Shown: in pieces, positions 18,638 to 28,968 of the stretch
Numbering within the stretch: the stretch's first letter is position 1
Layout: every line of letters begins with the position of its first letter
DNA from: Terriglobia bacterium
GTDB taxonomy: Bacteria; Acidobacteriota; Terriglobia; 2-12-FULL-54-10
DNA length: 64,000 nucleotides
NCBI GenBank assembly: GCA_963666975.2
Contig: CAXVYR010000002.1
Coordinates: 288,001 to 352,000, forward strand
Reading direction: 5' to 3'
Notes under the pieces: generated by a model
The model's database searches: none
What the model was told of the DNA's origin: nothing
What the model saw: only the letters and a program-made list of their open reading frames with translations
Position numbers and translations under genes: made by a program

Positions 18638-20530
18638 TCACCATTGCGCGGCCTGCCCACCAAGCTCTACCTGGGCTCCGGTCGGCTCCATGTTCCACTC
18701 GCGTGCCAAAGAGGGAACCAGGTGTACCAGCTTGCCACCCACCATCGTCATCAAAACCCGCAGCTTGGGGATGTCATCCACCGGAACCGTCAGGTAGTCC
18801 CTATTGAGTACTGCCAAGTCCGCCCATTTACCCGGCTCGAGCGACCCCAGCACATCTTCCCGCAGCGTCCCGTAAGCCGCCCAGAGCGTCGCCGACTTCA
18901 ACATCGCTTCCCGGCTGATTGCCTGCTGAGGAGCTATGACGTTCCCGTTCATATCCTTTCGGGTTATGCCGGAATAGAGAACCTGGAAGTAGGTTAGGTC
19001 CGTGTATCCAATCGGCCGGTCAATTTCCACACTATTCATGATCCCGGCATCATAGAGAGCTTTGCGCGGAACTACTTGGTTGGCTCCTCGCTCCCCATAA
19101 TCGTCCATGATCTTCTTTCCGCTTCCTTCCCAAATGTAGAAGTCCCAACCACTGCCCATAATGCCCAGCTTCTGGTAGCGCGGAATCTGGTCCGGGCGGG
19201 GATACATTGCCATATGCTCAGTGACGTGGCGCTTGGCGCGGATCTCATCCAGTGTCATGCCAGCATCTTTGCTGGCCTTTTCGATGATGTCGAGGATGAG
19301 ATCAATTTCCCCGTCGGCCATGATGTGATCCCCGGCCAGCCGTCCGCCAGCTTTTATATATTCATAAAGCGCTCGCGAAACATCGGGGTTGGTATATTGA
19401 CACTTTCTTTCGCGCTGCTTCACTTTCGGCGAAGTGCCGGGGAGCTTGCTGCAATTCATGCCCATGTTCGGAACCATTCCTGTCGTCCAGAAGTAGTCCG
19501 AGCCATGTCCGAGCCGGCTGGCTTGAGCCCGGACAAAGTATGGATCGAAAAAGAAATCATTTCGGTACGGCCAAAACCAAGCCCACGCAAACCGGATAGA
19601 CATCTGGCCCTGACGGGACAGCGAGTCATAAGCTTGAATCGCACCTCCCGTATAGAGCGCCGTGGCATTGAGGGTCTGCCCGTAACCCGCCATCCAGGAC
19701 AGTCCCAGCCGATAAATTTCCTTCAGAACCTCGGGGGGGTAAAGAACATCTTGTTCGGGATAGCGATAGCAGACGGCACAGTAACCAGTTTTTTCAACGC
19801 TTCCTTCCCCCGCGCGGGAACCCACCAAGTCATCCAGAGTTCCTGCCTCCGGCTCTGGAAGAAAATAATTTATTTGATCTCCATAGAATTTCTTGGTTTC
19901 TTCCAGCGCCCTCTGGTTCAACACCGCCCCGACAAAACCACCGCGCACAATCACCGGATTATCGGGAGCAGCCAGATCCAGGTGCTCCTTGGTGATCTGC
20001 TGCCCTAAAATACCCATAATCTGGTCTCGCCACTGATATTGTTTCCCATACAGCATACTGATCCGAATCCACTGGCCGGGCTTGGCCTTGAGGACCGCCT
20101 CCTCCAAAACACGCGGAAATTTTTGCAACTGCTCGTCGGGTGGATCTTCCAAGAACCGCTCGATGTGTATATCGTCGGTGACCACTTTTTTGATTATATA
20201 CGGATTCAGCAGGTCCCAGTCCTGCGGGTGATCGTGCGTCGCCCCGAAGCCCGGAGTTACCGTCCTCCCCTTCAGGTCAATGGATCGGGTGCCGCTGCCC
20301 GCCAGGCGGCGAACCTCGGCGTTGCTTCCCACCGCGACGATTTTTCCATCCCGAATTGCAATCGCCTGAGCAATGGTCCCTATGTTCGCATTGACCTCAT
20401 GGTTGTCCACCGTCACGATCTTTCCATTGTGCAGAATCGTATCCGGCGCCTGCTGGGCCCAAACGGGGCTCTGTGCAGCCCAGACAACACACACCAATAT
20501 CGCCATTCCCCAAAAGAGTGGACTCTTCAT
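18638..20530 (-). CDS. Secreted amidohydrolase-3 (YtcJ-like) paralog A1, last of the tandem array
   Basis: Signal peptide ending VWA-QQ; ILHNGKIVTVD, IDLKGRTV.PG, THDHP, CAVC, RHVTEH, EIDRP and GSLEPGKWADL. Confidence 0.88.
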   Translation of the reverse strand: MKSPLFWGMAILVCVVWAAQSPVWAQQAPDTILHNGKIVTVDNHEVNANIGTIAQAIAIRDGKIVAVGSNAEVRRLAGSGTRSIDLKGRTVTPGFGATHDHPQDWDLLNPYIIKKVVTDDIHIERFLEDPPDEQLQKFPRVLEEAVLKAKPGQWIRISMLYGKQYQWRDQIMGILGQQITKEHLDLAAPDNPVIVRGGFVGAVLNQRALEETKKFYGDQINYFLPEPEAGTLDDLVGSRAGEGSVEKTGYCAVCYRYPEQDVLYPPEVLKEIYRLGLSWMAGYGQTLNATALYTGGAIQAYDSLSRQGQMSIRFAWAWFWPYRNDFFFDPYFVRAQASRLGHGSDYFWTTGMVPNMGMNCSKLPGTSPKVKQRERKCQYTNPDVSRALYEYIKAGGRLAGDHIMADGEIDLILDIIEKASKDAGMTLDEIRAKRHVTEHMAMYPRPDQIPRYQKLGIMGSGWDFYIWEGSGKKIMDDYGERGANQVVPRKALYDAGIMNSVEIDRPIGYTDLTYFQVLYSGITRKDMNGNVIAPQQAISREAMLKSATLWAAYGTLREDVLGSLEPGKWADLAVLNRDYLTVPVDDIPKLRVLMTMVGGKLVHLVPSLAREWNMEPTGAQVELGGQAAQW

Positions 20531-20569
20531 AATTCACCACCTTAAATTTAAGCAGTTTGCTAAAAAAGA

Positions 20570-20602
20570 CAGGCCGGACGGAATGCCGCTTCCGTCCGCC
20601 TG
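20570..20602 (-). terminator. Intergenic stem-loop followed by a U-tract (terminator/attenuator-like)
   Basis: Minus strand reads CAGGCGGACGGAAgcggcaTTCCGTCCGGCCTG-TCTTTTTT; homologous spacers at about 22560-22650, 24680-24820 and 26720-26780. Confidence 0.55.
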
Positions 20603-20672
20603 CGGACCCGTACCCTCAAACCCCGAAATCCAACTGATCACTGCCCCGACTACCTCGTTCTACCAGGAAAAC

Positions 20673-22544
20673 CTACCATTGCGCAGCGAGTCCGCCAAGC
20701 TCCACTTGGGCTCCGGTCGGCTCCATGTTCAACTCGCGGGCCAGAGAGGGAACCAGATGTATCGTTTTGCCACCCACCATGGTCATCAAAACCCGCAGCT
20801 TGGGGACCTCCTCTACCGGAACCGTCAGGTAGTCCTTGTCGAGCACCACCAGGTCCGCCCATTTACCCGGCTCCAGCGACCCGAGCACATCTTCCCGCTT
20901 CACCCCATAGGCCGCCCAGAGCGTCGCCGACTTCAACATCGCCTGCCGGTCCACCGCCTGTTGCGGCGCGGTTACCTTCCCGTTCTGATCCTTCCGGGTA
21001 ATACCGGAATAGAGAACCTGGAAGTAGGTCAGGTTGGTATATCCGATGGGCCGGTCAATCTCAACACTGTTCATGATCCCAGCCTCATAGAGACTCTTGC
21101 GAGGCACCACCTGCATCGCGCCCCGCTCGCCGTAATCCCGCAGGACCTGCTGCGCGCTTCCTTCCCAGATGTAGAAGTCCCAGCCGCTGGTCATCATGCC
21201 CAACTCTTGATACCGGGGGATTTGGTCCGGTCGCGGATACATAGCCATATGTTCGGTGATATGGCGCTTAGCCCGAATCTCCTCCGGCGTCATGCCGCCA
21301 TCTCGGCTCGCCCTCTCGATGGTGTCCAAGACCAGATCAATTTCTCCATCTCCCATTTGATGATCTCCGAACAGCCGTCCGCCCGCCTTGATGTATTCAT
21401 AAAGAGCTTTCACCATTTTAGGATTGGCGAACCGGCATTTGGCTTCCCGCTGCTTGACCTCCGGGGAAGTGCCGGGCAGCTTGCTGCAGCCGCCGCCCAT
21501 CATCGAAGTCATGCCGGCCACCCAGAAATGATCCGTGCCCGTGTCCTCCCGGCTGACGGCGGCTTGCACAAAATAAGGATCAGAGAACAAGTCATTTCGA
21601 AACGGCCAGAACCAGCCCCAGGGAAGCCGAATGGCCATCTGATCCCGGCGATCCAGGCTGCTGTAGGCGCGAATCGCGCCTCCCGTGTACAGCGCCGTCG
21701 CATTGAGGGTGACCCCATACCCCCCCATCCAGGACAACCCCAGGCGGTAGATATCCTGCAATACCTTGGACGGGTAGAGCACGTCCTGTTCGACATACCG
21801 ATAGCAGGTGGAACAAACCCCCGATTGATCGAAGTCCGTCGGGGCGCCCCCGAGATCCCCCAGCGGCGAGTAGAGAAACTTGTCCCATTCCCCCGCATAG
21901 AACTTTTTCGTCTCCTCAATCGCTCTCTGGTTCATCAAAAGTCCGACAAACCCCCCGCGCACAATCACTGGATTCTGAGGAGCCGCCAAGTCCAGCATCT
22001 GTTTGTTAATCTGCCGGCCTAAAAACGCTGAAACCTCCTCTCTCCACCTGTATTCCTCTCCGTACAGCATACTAATCCGAATCCATTGGCCGGGCCTGGC
22101 CTTCTGGACTGCCTCCTCCAAAACCCGCGGAAATTGTTGCAACTGTTGCTGAGGAGGATCGTTCAAGAAACGCTCGATGTGCATATCGTCGGTGACTACT
22201 TTCTTGACGATATACGGGTTCAGGGGGTCCCAGTCCGCCGGATGGTCGTGCGTCGCGCCAAAGCCCGGAGCCACCATCCTCCCTTTCAGATCCAGGGACT
22301 GCGTGTTGCTGCCCGCCAGGCGGCGAATCTCGGCGTTGCTGCCCACCGCGACGATTCTTCCATCCCGGATTGCAATCGCCTGAGCAATGGTCCCCAAATT
22401 GGAATCGACTTCATGGTTGTCCACCGTCACGATCTTTCCATTGTGCAGAATCGTATCCGGCGCCTGCTGGGCCCAAACGGAGCTCTGTGCAGCCCAGATA
22501 ACACAAACAAGTATCGCAACTCCAAAAAGACGTGTGCTTTTCAT
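20673..22544 (-). CDS. Secreted amidohydrolase-3 paralog A2
   Basis: Same architecture as A1; THDHP, CSTC, RHITEH, EIDRP. Confidence 0.88.
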   Translation of the reverse strand: MKSTRLFGVAILVCVIWAAQSSVWAQQAPDTILHNGKIVTVDNHEVDSNLGTIAQAIAIRDGRIVAVGSNAEIRRLAGSNTQSLDLKGRMVAPGFGATHDHPADWDPLNPYIVKKVVTDDMHIERFLNDPPQQQLQQFPRVLEEAVQKARPGQWIRISMLYGEEYRWREEVSAFLGRQINKQMLDLAAPQNPVIVRGGFVGLLMNQRAIEETKKFYAGEWDKFLYSPLGDLGGAPTDFDQSGVCSTCYRYVEQDVLYPSKVLQDIYRLGLSWMGGYGVTLNATALYTGGAIRAYSSLDRRDQMAIRLPWGWFWPFRNDLFSDPYFVQAAVSREDTGTDHFWVAGMTSMMGGGCSKLPGTSPEVKQREAKCRFANPKMVKALYEYIKAGGRLFGDHQMGDGEIDLVLDTIERASRDGGMTPEEIRAKRHITEHMAMYPRPDQIPRYQELGMMTSGWDFYIWEGSAQQVLRDYGERGAMQVVPRKSLYEAGIMNSVEIDRPIGYTNLTYFQVLYSGITRKDQNGKVTAPQQAVDRQAMLKSATLWAAYGVKREDVLGSLEPGKWADLVVLDKDYLTVPVEEVPKLRVLMTMVGGKTIHLVPSLARELNMEPTGAQVELGGLAAQW

Positions 22545-22655
22545 AAATTACCACCTTGAATTATAAGCAGTTTGCTAAGAAAGCCAGGCCGAACGGAATG
22601 TCCGCTTCCGCTTGGCAGTTTGTGACTTCAAACCTCCGAGAGCCAACTAACCTTT

Positions 22656-22735
22656 AGTAGGTTGTTGAAAAACACCATTTACCCGCTCCCTCACCCCTCG
22701 GCTTCGCTCGGGGCAGGTTTCGCGGCCCGGACTAT
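22656..22735. repeat. REP-like insertion in the A3-A2 spacer
   Basis: TAGTAGGTTGTTGAAAAAC...CCGCTCCCTCAC...TCGCGGCCCGGA is absent from the homologous spacers and resembles the CCGAGCCGCG...GGGAGCGG REPs at 43 kb and 62.9 kb. Confidence 0.5.
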
Positions 22736-22788
22736 ACACGAACTGTGAAAGTGCTTTAATTACTCGTTCCAATTCCTCGCCGGAAAAC

Positions 22789-24669
22789 TTACCATTGCGC
22801 TGCTGCCCCCCCCAGTTCTACCTGGGCTCCGGTCGGCTCCATACCCCATTCGCGGGCAAGGGATGGAACTAGATGGATCGGTTTGCCGCCCACCAGGGTC
22901 AGCAGCACGCGCAGTTTGGCAATCTCTTCCACTGGAACCGTCAGGTAGTCCTTGTCGAGCACCACCAGGTCCGCCCATTTGCCCGGCTCCAGCGACCCTA
23001 GCACATCTTCCCGCATCACCCCGTAGGCCCCCCAGAGAGTCGCCGACTTCAACATCGCCCGCCGGTCCACCGCCTGTTGCGGCGCGGTTACCTTCCCGTT
23101 CTGATCCTTCCGGGTGATGCCGGAATAGAGAACCTGGAAGTACGTCAGGTCGGTGTATCCGATGGGCCGGTCAATCTCGACACTGTTCATGATCCCAGCC
23201 TCATAGAGAGCCTTGCGAGGCACCACCTGCATCGCGCCCCGCTCGCCGTAATCCCGCAGGACCTGCTGCGCGCTTCCTTCCCAAATATAGAAGTCCCAGC
23301 CGCTGGTCATTATGCCCAGCTTTTTGTATCGCGGGATCTGGTCCGGCCTCGGATACATGGCCATGTGCTCGGTGACATGGCGCTTGGAATGAATCTCTTC
23401 CAGCGTCATGCCGGCATCTTCGCTGGCCTTCTCGATGATGTCCAGGATGAGATCAATTTCCCCATCCGCCATCACGTGATCTCCGGCCAGCCGTCCGCCC
23501 GCCTTGATGTATTCATAAAGAGCCTTCGAAACTGTCGGGTCGGCAAATCCGCACTCCATTTCCCGCTCCTTGACCTCCGGGGAAGTGCCGGGCAGCTTGC
23601 TGCAGTCCATCCCCATGTGAGAAGTCATTCCACTCGACCAGAAATAGTCCGAGCCCGTGCCCACGCGGCTGACTTCAGCTTGAAGAAAGTAGGGGTCCGA
23701 AAAGAAGTCGTTTCGATAAGGCCAGAACCAGCCCCAGGCAAAGCGAATGGCCATCTGCTCCCGGCGATCCAGGCTGTTGTAGGCGCGAATCGCGCCACCT
23801 GTGTACAGCGACGTCGCGTTGAGGGTAACCCCGTACCCCCCCATCCAGGTCAGCCCCGCACGGTAGATTTCCCGCAACACCTCGGGCGGGTAGAGCACAT
23901 CCTGTTCCACCTGCCGGTAGCAGACGACACAGGTTCCTGTTTTCTCAAAGCTTTCCAGCGTTACACCCATACCCACAAGGTCTTCCAGCGGATGGTAAGA
24001 AAACTTCTTCGCCTCCCCTGCATAAAACTCTTTTACCAAGTCAATGGCTTTTTGGTTCAACAAAGCTCCGACAAATCCGCCTCGGACCAGCACCGGATTG
24101 TTGGGAGCAGCCAGATCCAGCATCTGTTTGTTAATCTGCCGCCCCAGAAAGCCTGAGATTTCATTTCCCCACCGGTATTCTTTCCCATAAAGCAGACTAA
24201 TTCGGATCCATTGGCCGGGCTTGGCCTTGCGGACTGCCTCCTCTAATACCCTCGGAAATTGTTGCAACTGTTGATCGGGCGGATCGTTCAAAAACCGCTC
24301 AATGTGCATATCATCGGTGACCACTTTTCCTACGATATGCGGGTTCAGCGGGTCCCAGTCCTGCGGGTGATCGTGCGTGGCCCCAAAGCCCGGAGCCACC
24401 ATCCTCCCTTTCAGATCCAGGGACTGCGTGTTGCTGCCCGCCAAGCGGCGAATCTCGGCGTTGCTGCCCACCGCGACGATTTTCCCATCCCGGATTGCAA
24501 TCGCCTGAGCAATGGTCCCCAAATTGGAATCGACTTCATGGTTGTCCACCGTCACGATCTTTCCATTGTGAAGAATTGTATCCGGCGCCTGCTGGGCCCG
24601 AACGGTGCTCTGTGCAGTCCAGATGACACACACTAATACCGCAACTCCCCAAAAATGTAGGCTCTTCAT
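22789..24669 (-). CDS. Secreted amidohydrolase-3 paralog A3
   Basis: Same architecture; THDHP, CVVC, RHVTEH, EIDRP. Confidence 0.88.
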   Translation of the reverse strand: MKSLHFWGVAVLVCVIWTAQSTVRAQQAPDTILHNGKIVTVDNHEVDSNLGTIAQAIAIRDGKIVAVGSNAEIRRLAGSNTQSLDLKGRMVAPGFGATHDHPQDWDPLNPHIVGKVVTDDMHIERFLNDPPDQQLQQFPRVLEEAVRKAKPGQWIRISLLYGKEYRWGNEISGFLGRQINKQMLDLAAPNNPVLVRGGFVGALLNQKAIDLVKEFYAGEAKKFSYHPLEDLVGMGVTLESFEKTGTCVVCYRQVEQDVLYPPEVLREIYRAGLTWMGGYGVTLNATSLYTGGAIRAYNSLDRREQMAIRFAWGWFWPYRNDFFSDPYFLQAEVSRVGTGSDYFWSSGMTSHMGMDCSKLPGTSPEVKEREMECGFADPTVSKALYEYIKAGGRLAGDHVMADGEIDLILDIIEKASEDAGMTLEEIHSKRHVTEHMAMYPRPDQIPRYKKLGIMTSGWDFYIWEGSAQQVLRDYGERGAMQVVPRKALYEAGIMNSVEIDRPIGYTDLTYFQVLYSGITRKDQNGKVTAPQQAVDRRAMLKSATLWGAYGVMREDVLGSLEPGKWADLVVLDKDYLTVPVEEIAKLRVLLTLVGGKPIHLVPSLAREWGMEPTGAQVELGGAAAQW

Positions 24670-24823
24670 AATTCACCACCTCGAATTGTAAGCAGTTCGC
24701 TAAGAAAGTCAGACCAAACGGAATGCCGCTTCCGTCCGCCTGCAGACCGTGCTTTCAAACCTCGAAATCCAACGGATTTCTGGCCCGGCTATCTCGGTTC
24801 TACCAGGGTTCTACCAGGAAAAC

Positions 24824-26701
24824 CTACCATTGCGCAGCCGGTCCGCCGAGTTCTACCTGAGCCCCCGTGGGTTGCATGCCTAACTCGCGGGCCAGGGATG
24901 GAACCAAATGGACCACTTTGCCGCCCACCATAGTCATCAGGACCCGAACATTCAGAATGTCATCCACGGGAATGGTCAGGTAGTCTCTGTCCAATATCAC
25001 CAGGTCTGCCCATTTATTGGGCTCCAGGGAGCCCATGCGATCCTCGCGCATAGCATAATAAGCTCCCCAAATCGTCGCCGACTTGAGTATGGTTTCGCGG
25101 TTCACCGCCTGATTGGGGGCCGTTATATTGCCATCCTGATCCTTCCGGGTAATCCCTGCATAGAGGACTGTGAAGAAAGTCAGGTCGGTGTATCCAATGG
25201 GCCGGTCAATTTCGATGCTTGTCCTCACGCCGGCATCGAGCAGACTCTTCCGCGGGATCACCCATTGTGCCGCCTCCTCTCCATAGTCCCTCAATACCTC
25301 CTGCCCTCTTCCTTCCCAAATGAACAGGTCCCAGCCGCCCGTCTGTATACCCAGGTTCTTGATCCGAGGGATCTGGTCGGGACGAGGATTCATCCCCATA
25401 TGGTCATAGGTGTGCCGCTTCGCCCGAATCTCCTCTATTGTCATGCCCGCGTCTTTGCTGGCCTGCTCAATAATATCCAGAACGTGATCGATCTCCTTGT
25501 CGCCGACCATATGCGCTCCGGCGTAGCGGCCGCCGTCCTTGATGTATGCATACAAGATATCCCGATTCTCCTTGCCGCTGGGAGTATCCGGATCAAACTT
25601 GCAACTACCTTCCCGCTGTTTCACTTCGGGGGAGGTGCCCGGAAGCGTGCTGCAATTTCTGCCGTAGTCGGATGGGATGGCTCCGTTCAGCCAGAAGTAA
25701 TCTGATCCTCTGCCCTTCATGGTGATTATAAGCCTGCGAAGATAGGGGTCGAAGAGGATATTCTTCCGTTCCGGCCAGAAGTAAGTCCAGGGAAGCCGGA
25801 GCGACATCTCTCCGCTGCGGTCCAGCGCATCGTAGGCCGCAATCGCCCCGGCCGTATACATATTCGATGCGTTCATGGTGACTCCATAGCCTGCCCACCA
25901 GGATGTCCCCAAACGGTAGATTTCCTGCAACACATCCGGCGGGTAGAGCACGTCCTGTTCAAACTCCCGGTAACAGACCGCGCAGGTTCCGGTTTCCTCC
26001 ATGCGCGCGTTCACCGGCCTGTCGATCATGTCAAACTTTTCCCATTCCGCACCGTAATACTTCTTTACTTCGTCAATGGCATTCTGGTTTGCCACCATCC
26101 CGACAAAGCCCGCACGAACGATCACCGGATTATTGGGAGCAGCCAGATCCAGCATTTGCTTGGTTATCTGGCGCCCGAGATACCCGGAGATCCTCGTCCT
26201 CCCCCGATACTCTTTCCCGAACAGCATGCTGATCCGAATCCATTGGCCGGGCCGGGCCTTCCGGACTGCCTCCTCGAGAACTCGCGGAAACCTCTGGAGT
26301 TGCTGCTCGGGGGAATCTTCCAGGAACCGCTCCAGGTGCAGATCGTCTGTGACCACCTTTTTTACGATGTAGGGATTCAACGGGTCCCAGTCGGTGGGGT
26401 GATCGTGTGTGGCTGCCATGCCCGGCAGCACCGTCCGCCCCTTCAGGTCAATGCTCCGGGTATTGGGGCCCGCCAAGGCCCGAACCTGAGCGTTGGTTCC
26501 CACGGCCAGGATCGCATCTCCCCGGACAGCCAAAGCCTGAACGATGGCGCCTATGTTTGCATTGACCTCATGGTTGTCCACCGTCACGATCTTTCCGTTG
26601 TAGAGAATGGTATCCGGCGCTTGCTGGGCCCGGAGGGGACTCTGCACAGCGCAAAGGACACACATTGTTACCCCAACCCGCCAAATCCATCGACTTATCA
26701 T
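24824..26701 (-). CDS. Secreted amidohydrolase-3 paralog A4
   Basis: Start reassigned to ATG 26701 (MISRWIW..., signal peptide aligns with the paralogs); THDHP, CAVC, RHTYDH, EIDRP. Confidence 0.88.
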   Translation of the reverse strand: MISRWIWRVGVTMCVLCAVQSPLRAQQAPDTILYNGKIVTVDNHEVNANIGAIVQALAVRGDAILAVGTNAQVRALAGPNTRSIDLKGRTVLPGMAATHDHPTDWDPLNPYIVKKVVTDDLHLERFLEDSPEQQLQRFPRVLEEAVRKARPGQWIRISMLFGKEYRGRTRISGYLGRQITKQMLDLAAPNNPVIVRAGFVGMVANQNAIDEVKKYYGAEWEKFDMIDRPVNARMEETGTCAVCYREFEQDVLYPPDVLQEIYRLGTSWWAGYGVTMNASNMYTAGAIAAYDALDRSGEMSLRLPWTYFWPERKNILFDPYLRRLIITMKGRGSDYFWLNGAIPSDYGRNCSTLPGTSPEVKQREGSCKFDPDTPSGKENRDILYAYIKDGGRYAGAHMVGDKEIDHVLDIIEQASKDAGMTIEEIRAKRHTYDHMGMNPRPDQIPRIKNLGIQTGGWDLFIWEGRGQEVLRDYGEEAAQWVIPRKSLLDAGVRTSIEIDRPIGYTDLTFFTVLYAGITRKDQDGNITAPNQAVNRETILKSATIWGAYYAMREDRMGSLEPNKWADLVILDRDYLTIPVDDILNVRVLMTMVGGKVVHLVPSLARELGMQPTGAQVELGGPAAQW

Positions 26702-26870
26702 AACTTTTAACCTTTCAGCTATTGTGGGCAGCCTACTAAGAAAACCAGGCTGGCAGGATGCCGTTCCCACCAGCCTGGCGAATTGTGACTTCAAAGCTCC
26801 CCGGCTAACTCCCGGCTAACTCGATTGTTAATCTCTCGGTTAATTTCTTGCTACCGTCCTCAGGGGAAAC

Positions 26871-28736
26871 TTACCATTGCGCGGCCAACCCGCCAAGTTC
26901 CACCTGGGCCCCCGCAGGCTGCATGCCCAACTCACGGGCCAGGGAGGGAACCAAGTGTACCACCTTGCCGCCGACCATGGTCATCAAAACACGGAGGTTG
27001 AGAATGTCATCCTCCGGAACCGTCATGTAGTCCTTGTCGAGCACGATCAAGTCCGCCCATTTGCCTGGCTCCAGGGAGCCAAGCTGATCCTCTCGCATGG
27101 CGTAGTAAGCCCCCCAAAGCGTGGCGGACTTTAACATGGCTTGCCGGCTCAACGCCTGCTGCGGTGACGTAATAGCGCCGTTTTGATCCTTTCGGGAAAT
27201 TCCTGCATAGAGGACCGTGAAGAAGGTCAGGTCGGTGTATCCAAGGGGCCGGTCAATTTCGACACTCGTCCTGACTCCGCCATCGAGCAGGCTTTTTCGC
27301 GGGACGACCCATTGAGCCGCCTCCTCTCCGTAGTCCCTTAACACCTCTTGTCCTCTCCCTTCCCAGATGTAAAAGTCCCAGCCGCCTGTTTGCATGCCCA
27401 GATTCTTGAGCAGCGGGATCTGGTCCGGACGAGGATTAATTGCCATGTGGTCATAGGCGTGCCGCTTGGCCCGAATCTCCTCCAGTGTCATCCCCGCATC
27501 CTTGCTGGCTCGCTGGATGATCTCCAGAACGTAATCGATGTCCTTGTCGCCGCCGGTGTGCATCCCGGTAAATCGGCCGCCTGACTTGACGAGGTTATAT
27601 AAGGCCCGCTCAGCTGCGCTGCCTGGCACAAAACTGCATTCGGGTTCCTGCGCTTTTACCTCCGGGGAAGTGCCCGGCAAGGTGGTGCAGTCGGTGCCGA
27701 TCCCAGCCGGCCAGACTCCACCCATCCAGAGGTGATCCGATCCTATTCCCTGCATGAGGTTCATGGTAGCTCGAAAATAGGGGTCGGCAAAGTGGTCCGT
27801 TCCGTTCGACCCGAGCCAGGTCCAGGGAATTCGAATCACGATTTCGTCATTCCGGTCCAGGGTGCTGTAAGCGTTTAGGGCAGCGGCCGTGTAGATGGCC
27901 GATGCGTTTAAGGTCACCCCATAGCCAGCCCACCAGGAGGTCCCAATGCGGTAAATCTCCCGCAAAACATCATTCGGGTAGAGCACGTCCTGTTCTACAC
28001 CGCGGAAGCTGACGCTACCGAGTCCGTTTTGCTCAACCTCCGGCCCCAGAGGCCCCCAATGAGGCATGTTATCGCCCCCGTTCTCTTTGTACCACTGATT
28101 GGTCAGCTCATACGCCATTTGGTTGACCACCATTCCGACGAAGCCAGCGCGCACCAACACCGGGTTATCAGGAGCCGCCAGATCCAGTTGCTGCTTGGTA
28201 ATCTGCCGCCCCAGGAACCCTGTATTCTCTCTCATCCCTCGATATTCTCTGCCATGAAGCAGGCTGATCCGAATCCATTGGCCGGGCTTGGCCGCCCGAA
28301 CCGCCTCCTCCAAAACACGCGGGAATTGTTGGAGGTTCTGAGCCGGTGCTTCATTCAAGAAGCGCTCAATGTGCATATCATCGGTGACCACCTTCTTGAC
28401 AATGTAGGGATTCAGTTGGTCCCAGTCCATCGGGTGGTCGTGGGTGGCGGCAAAGCCCGGCAGCACGGTCCGACCTTTCAGGTCATGGGACTGGGTGTTA
28501 CTGCCTGCCATGCGGCGAATCTGTGTGTTGCTTCCCACGGCAACGATATCTCCATCCCGGATCGCAATCGCCTGTGCGATGGTGCCTACGTCTGCATTGA
28601 CCTCATGGTCGTCCACTGTTACGATCTTCCCGTTGTAAAGAATGGTATCCGGCGCTTGCTGGGCCCAGAGGAGGCTCTGTCCGGCCCAGAGTACACTTAC
28701 CATTACTGCAAATTGCAAAATCCATACCCGTCTCAT
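26871..28736 (-). CDS. Secreted amidohydrolase-3 paralog A5
   Basis: Signal peptide; THDHP, HTGGD, RHAYDH, EIDRP; the CxxC position reads GSVS. Confidence 0.88.
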   Translation of the reverse strand: MRRVWILQFAVMVSVLWAGQSLLWAQQAPDTILYNGKIVTVDDHEVNADVGTIAQAIAIRDGDIVAVGSNTQIRRMAGSNTQSHDLKGRTVLPGFAATHDHPMDWDQLNPYIVKKVVTDDMHIERFLNEAPAQNLQQFPRVLEEAVRAAKPGQWIRISLLHGREYRGMRENTGFLGRQITKQQLDLAAPDNPVLVRAGFVGMVVNQMAYELTNQWYKENGGDNMPHWGPLGPEVEQNGLGSVSFRGVEQDVLYPNDVLREIYRIGTSWWAGYGVTLNASAIYTAAALNAYSTLDRNDEIVIRIPWTWLGSNGTDHFADPYFRATMNLMQGIGSDHLWMGGVWPAGIGTDCTTLPGTSPEVKAQEPECSFVPGSAAERALYNLVKSGGRFTGMHTGGDKDIDYVLEIIQRASKDAGMTLEEIRAKRHAYDHMAINPRPDQIPLLKNLGMQTGGWDFYIWEGRGQEVLRDYGEEAAQWVVPRKSLLDGGVRTSVEIDRPLGYTDLTFFTVLYAGISRKDQNGAITSPQQALSRQAMLKSATLWGAYYAMREDQLGSLEPGKWADLIVLDKDYMTVPEDDILNLRVLMTMVGGKVVHLVPSLARELGMQPAGAQVELGGLAAQW

Positions 28737-28920
28737 AAATTTACCTCATCCTTTCATGTCGCAGCCTTTTAAAAATATGCGAGAAGTCGTGGACATCTTT
28801 ATCCTTGTCCTTAGATTGGCAAGAGGCCCCCGCATAGGGAGTACGTGGAAGAGTTGGAGAATGCGGAGACGTATCGTTCCCTTATCTGAGAGACCTCTAG
28901 CCGAAGCGTTGGAAAAGTGT

Positions 28921-28944
28921 AGGAGGAAGCCGAAGCTTCCTCCT
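28921..28944 (-). terminator. 10-bp stem with a C(UUCG)G tetraloop just downstream of the A6 stop
   Basis: Minus strand AGGAGGAAGC-TTCG-GCTTCCTCCT; weak U-tract, so possibly an mRNA stabiliser rather than a terminator. Confidence 0.55.
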
Positions 28945-28968
28945 TGCAAAACACCCTACTTACCATAG

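Noticed and set aside
20373-22022. Long antisense ORFs (549 aa here; similar ones opposite the other paralogs, the TBDR and prpE)
   Set aside because: Shadow frames of GC-rich genes; no recognisable motifs.
20531-26870. Conserved spacers considered as integron attC sites
   Set aside because: No RYYYAAC...GTTRRRY boundaries and no IntI; the homology is explained by tandem duplication of gene plus spacer.
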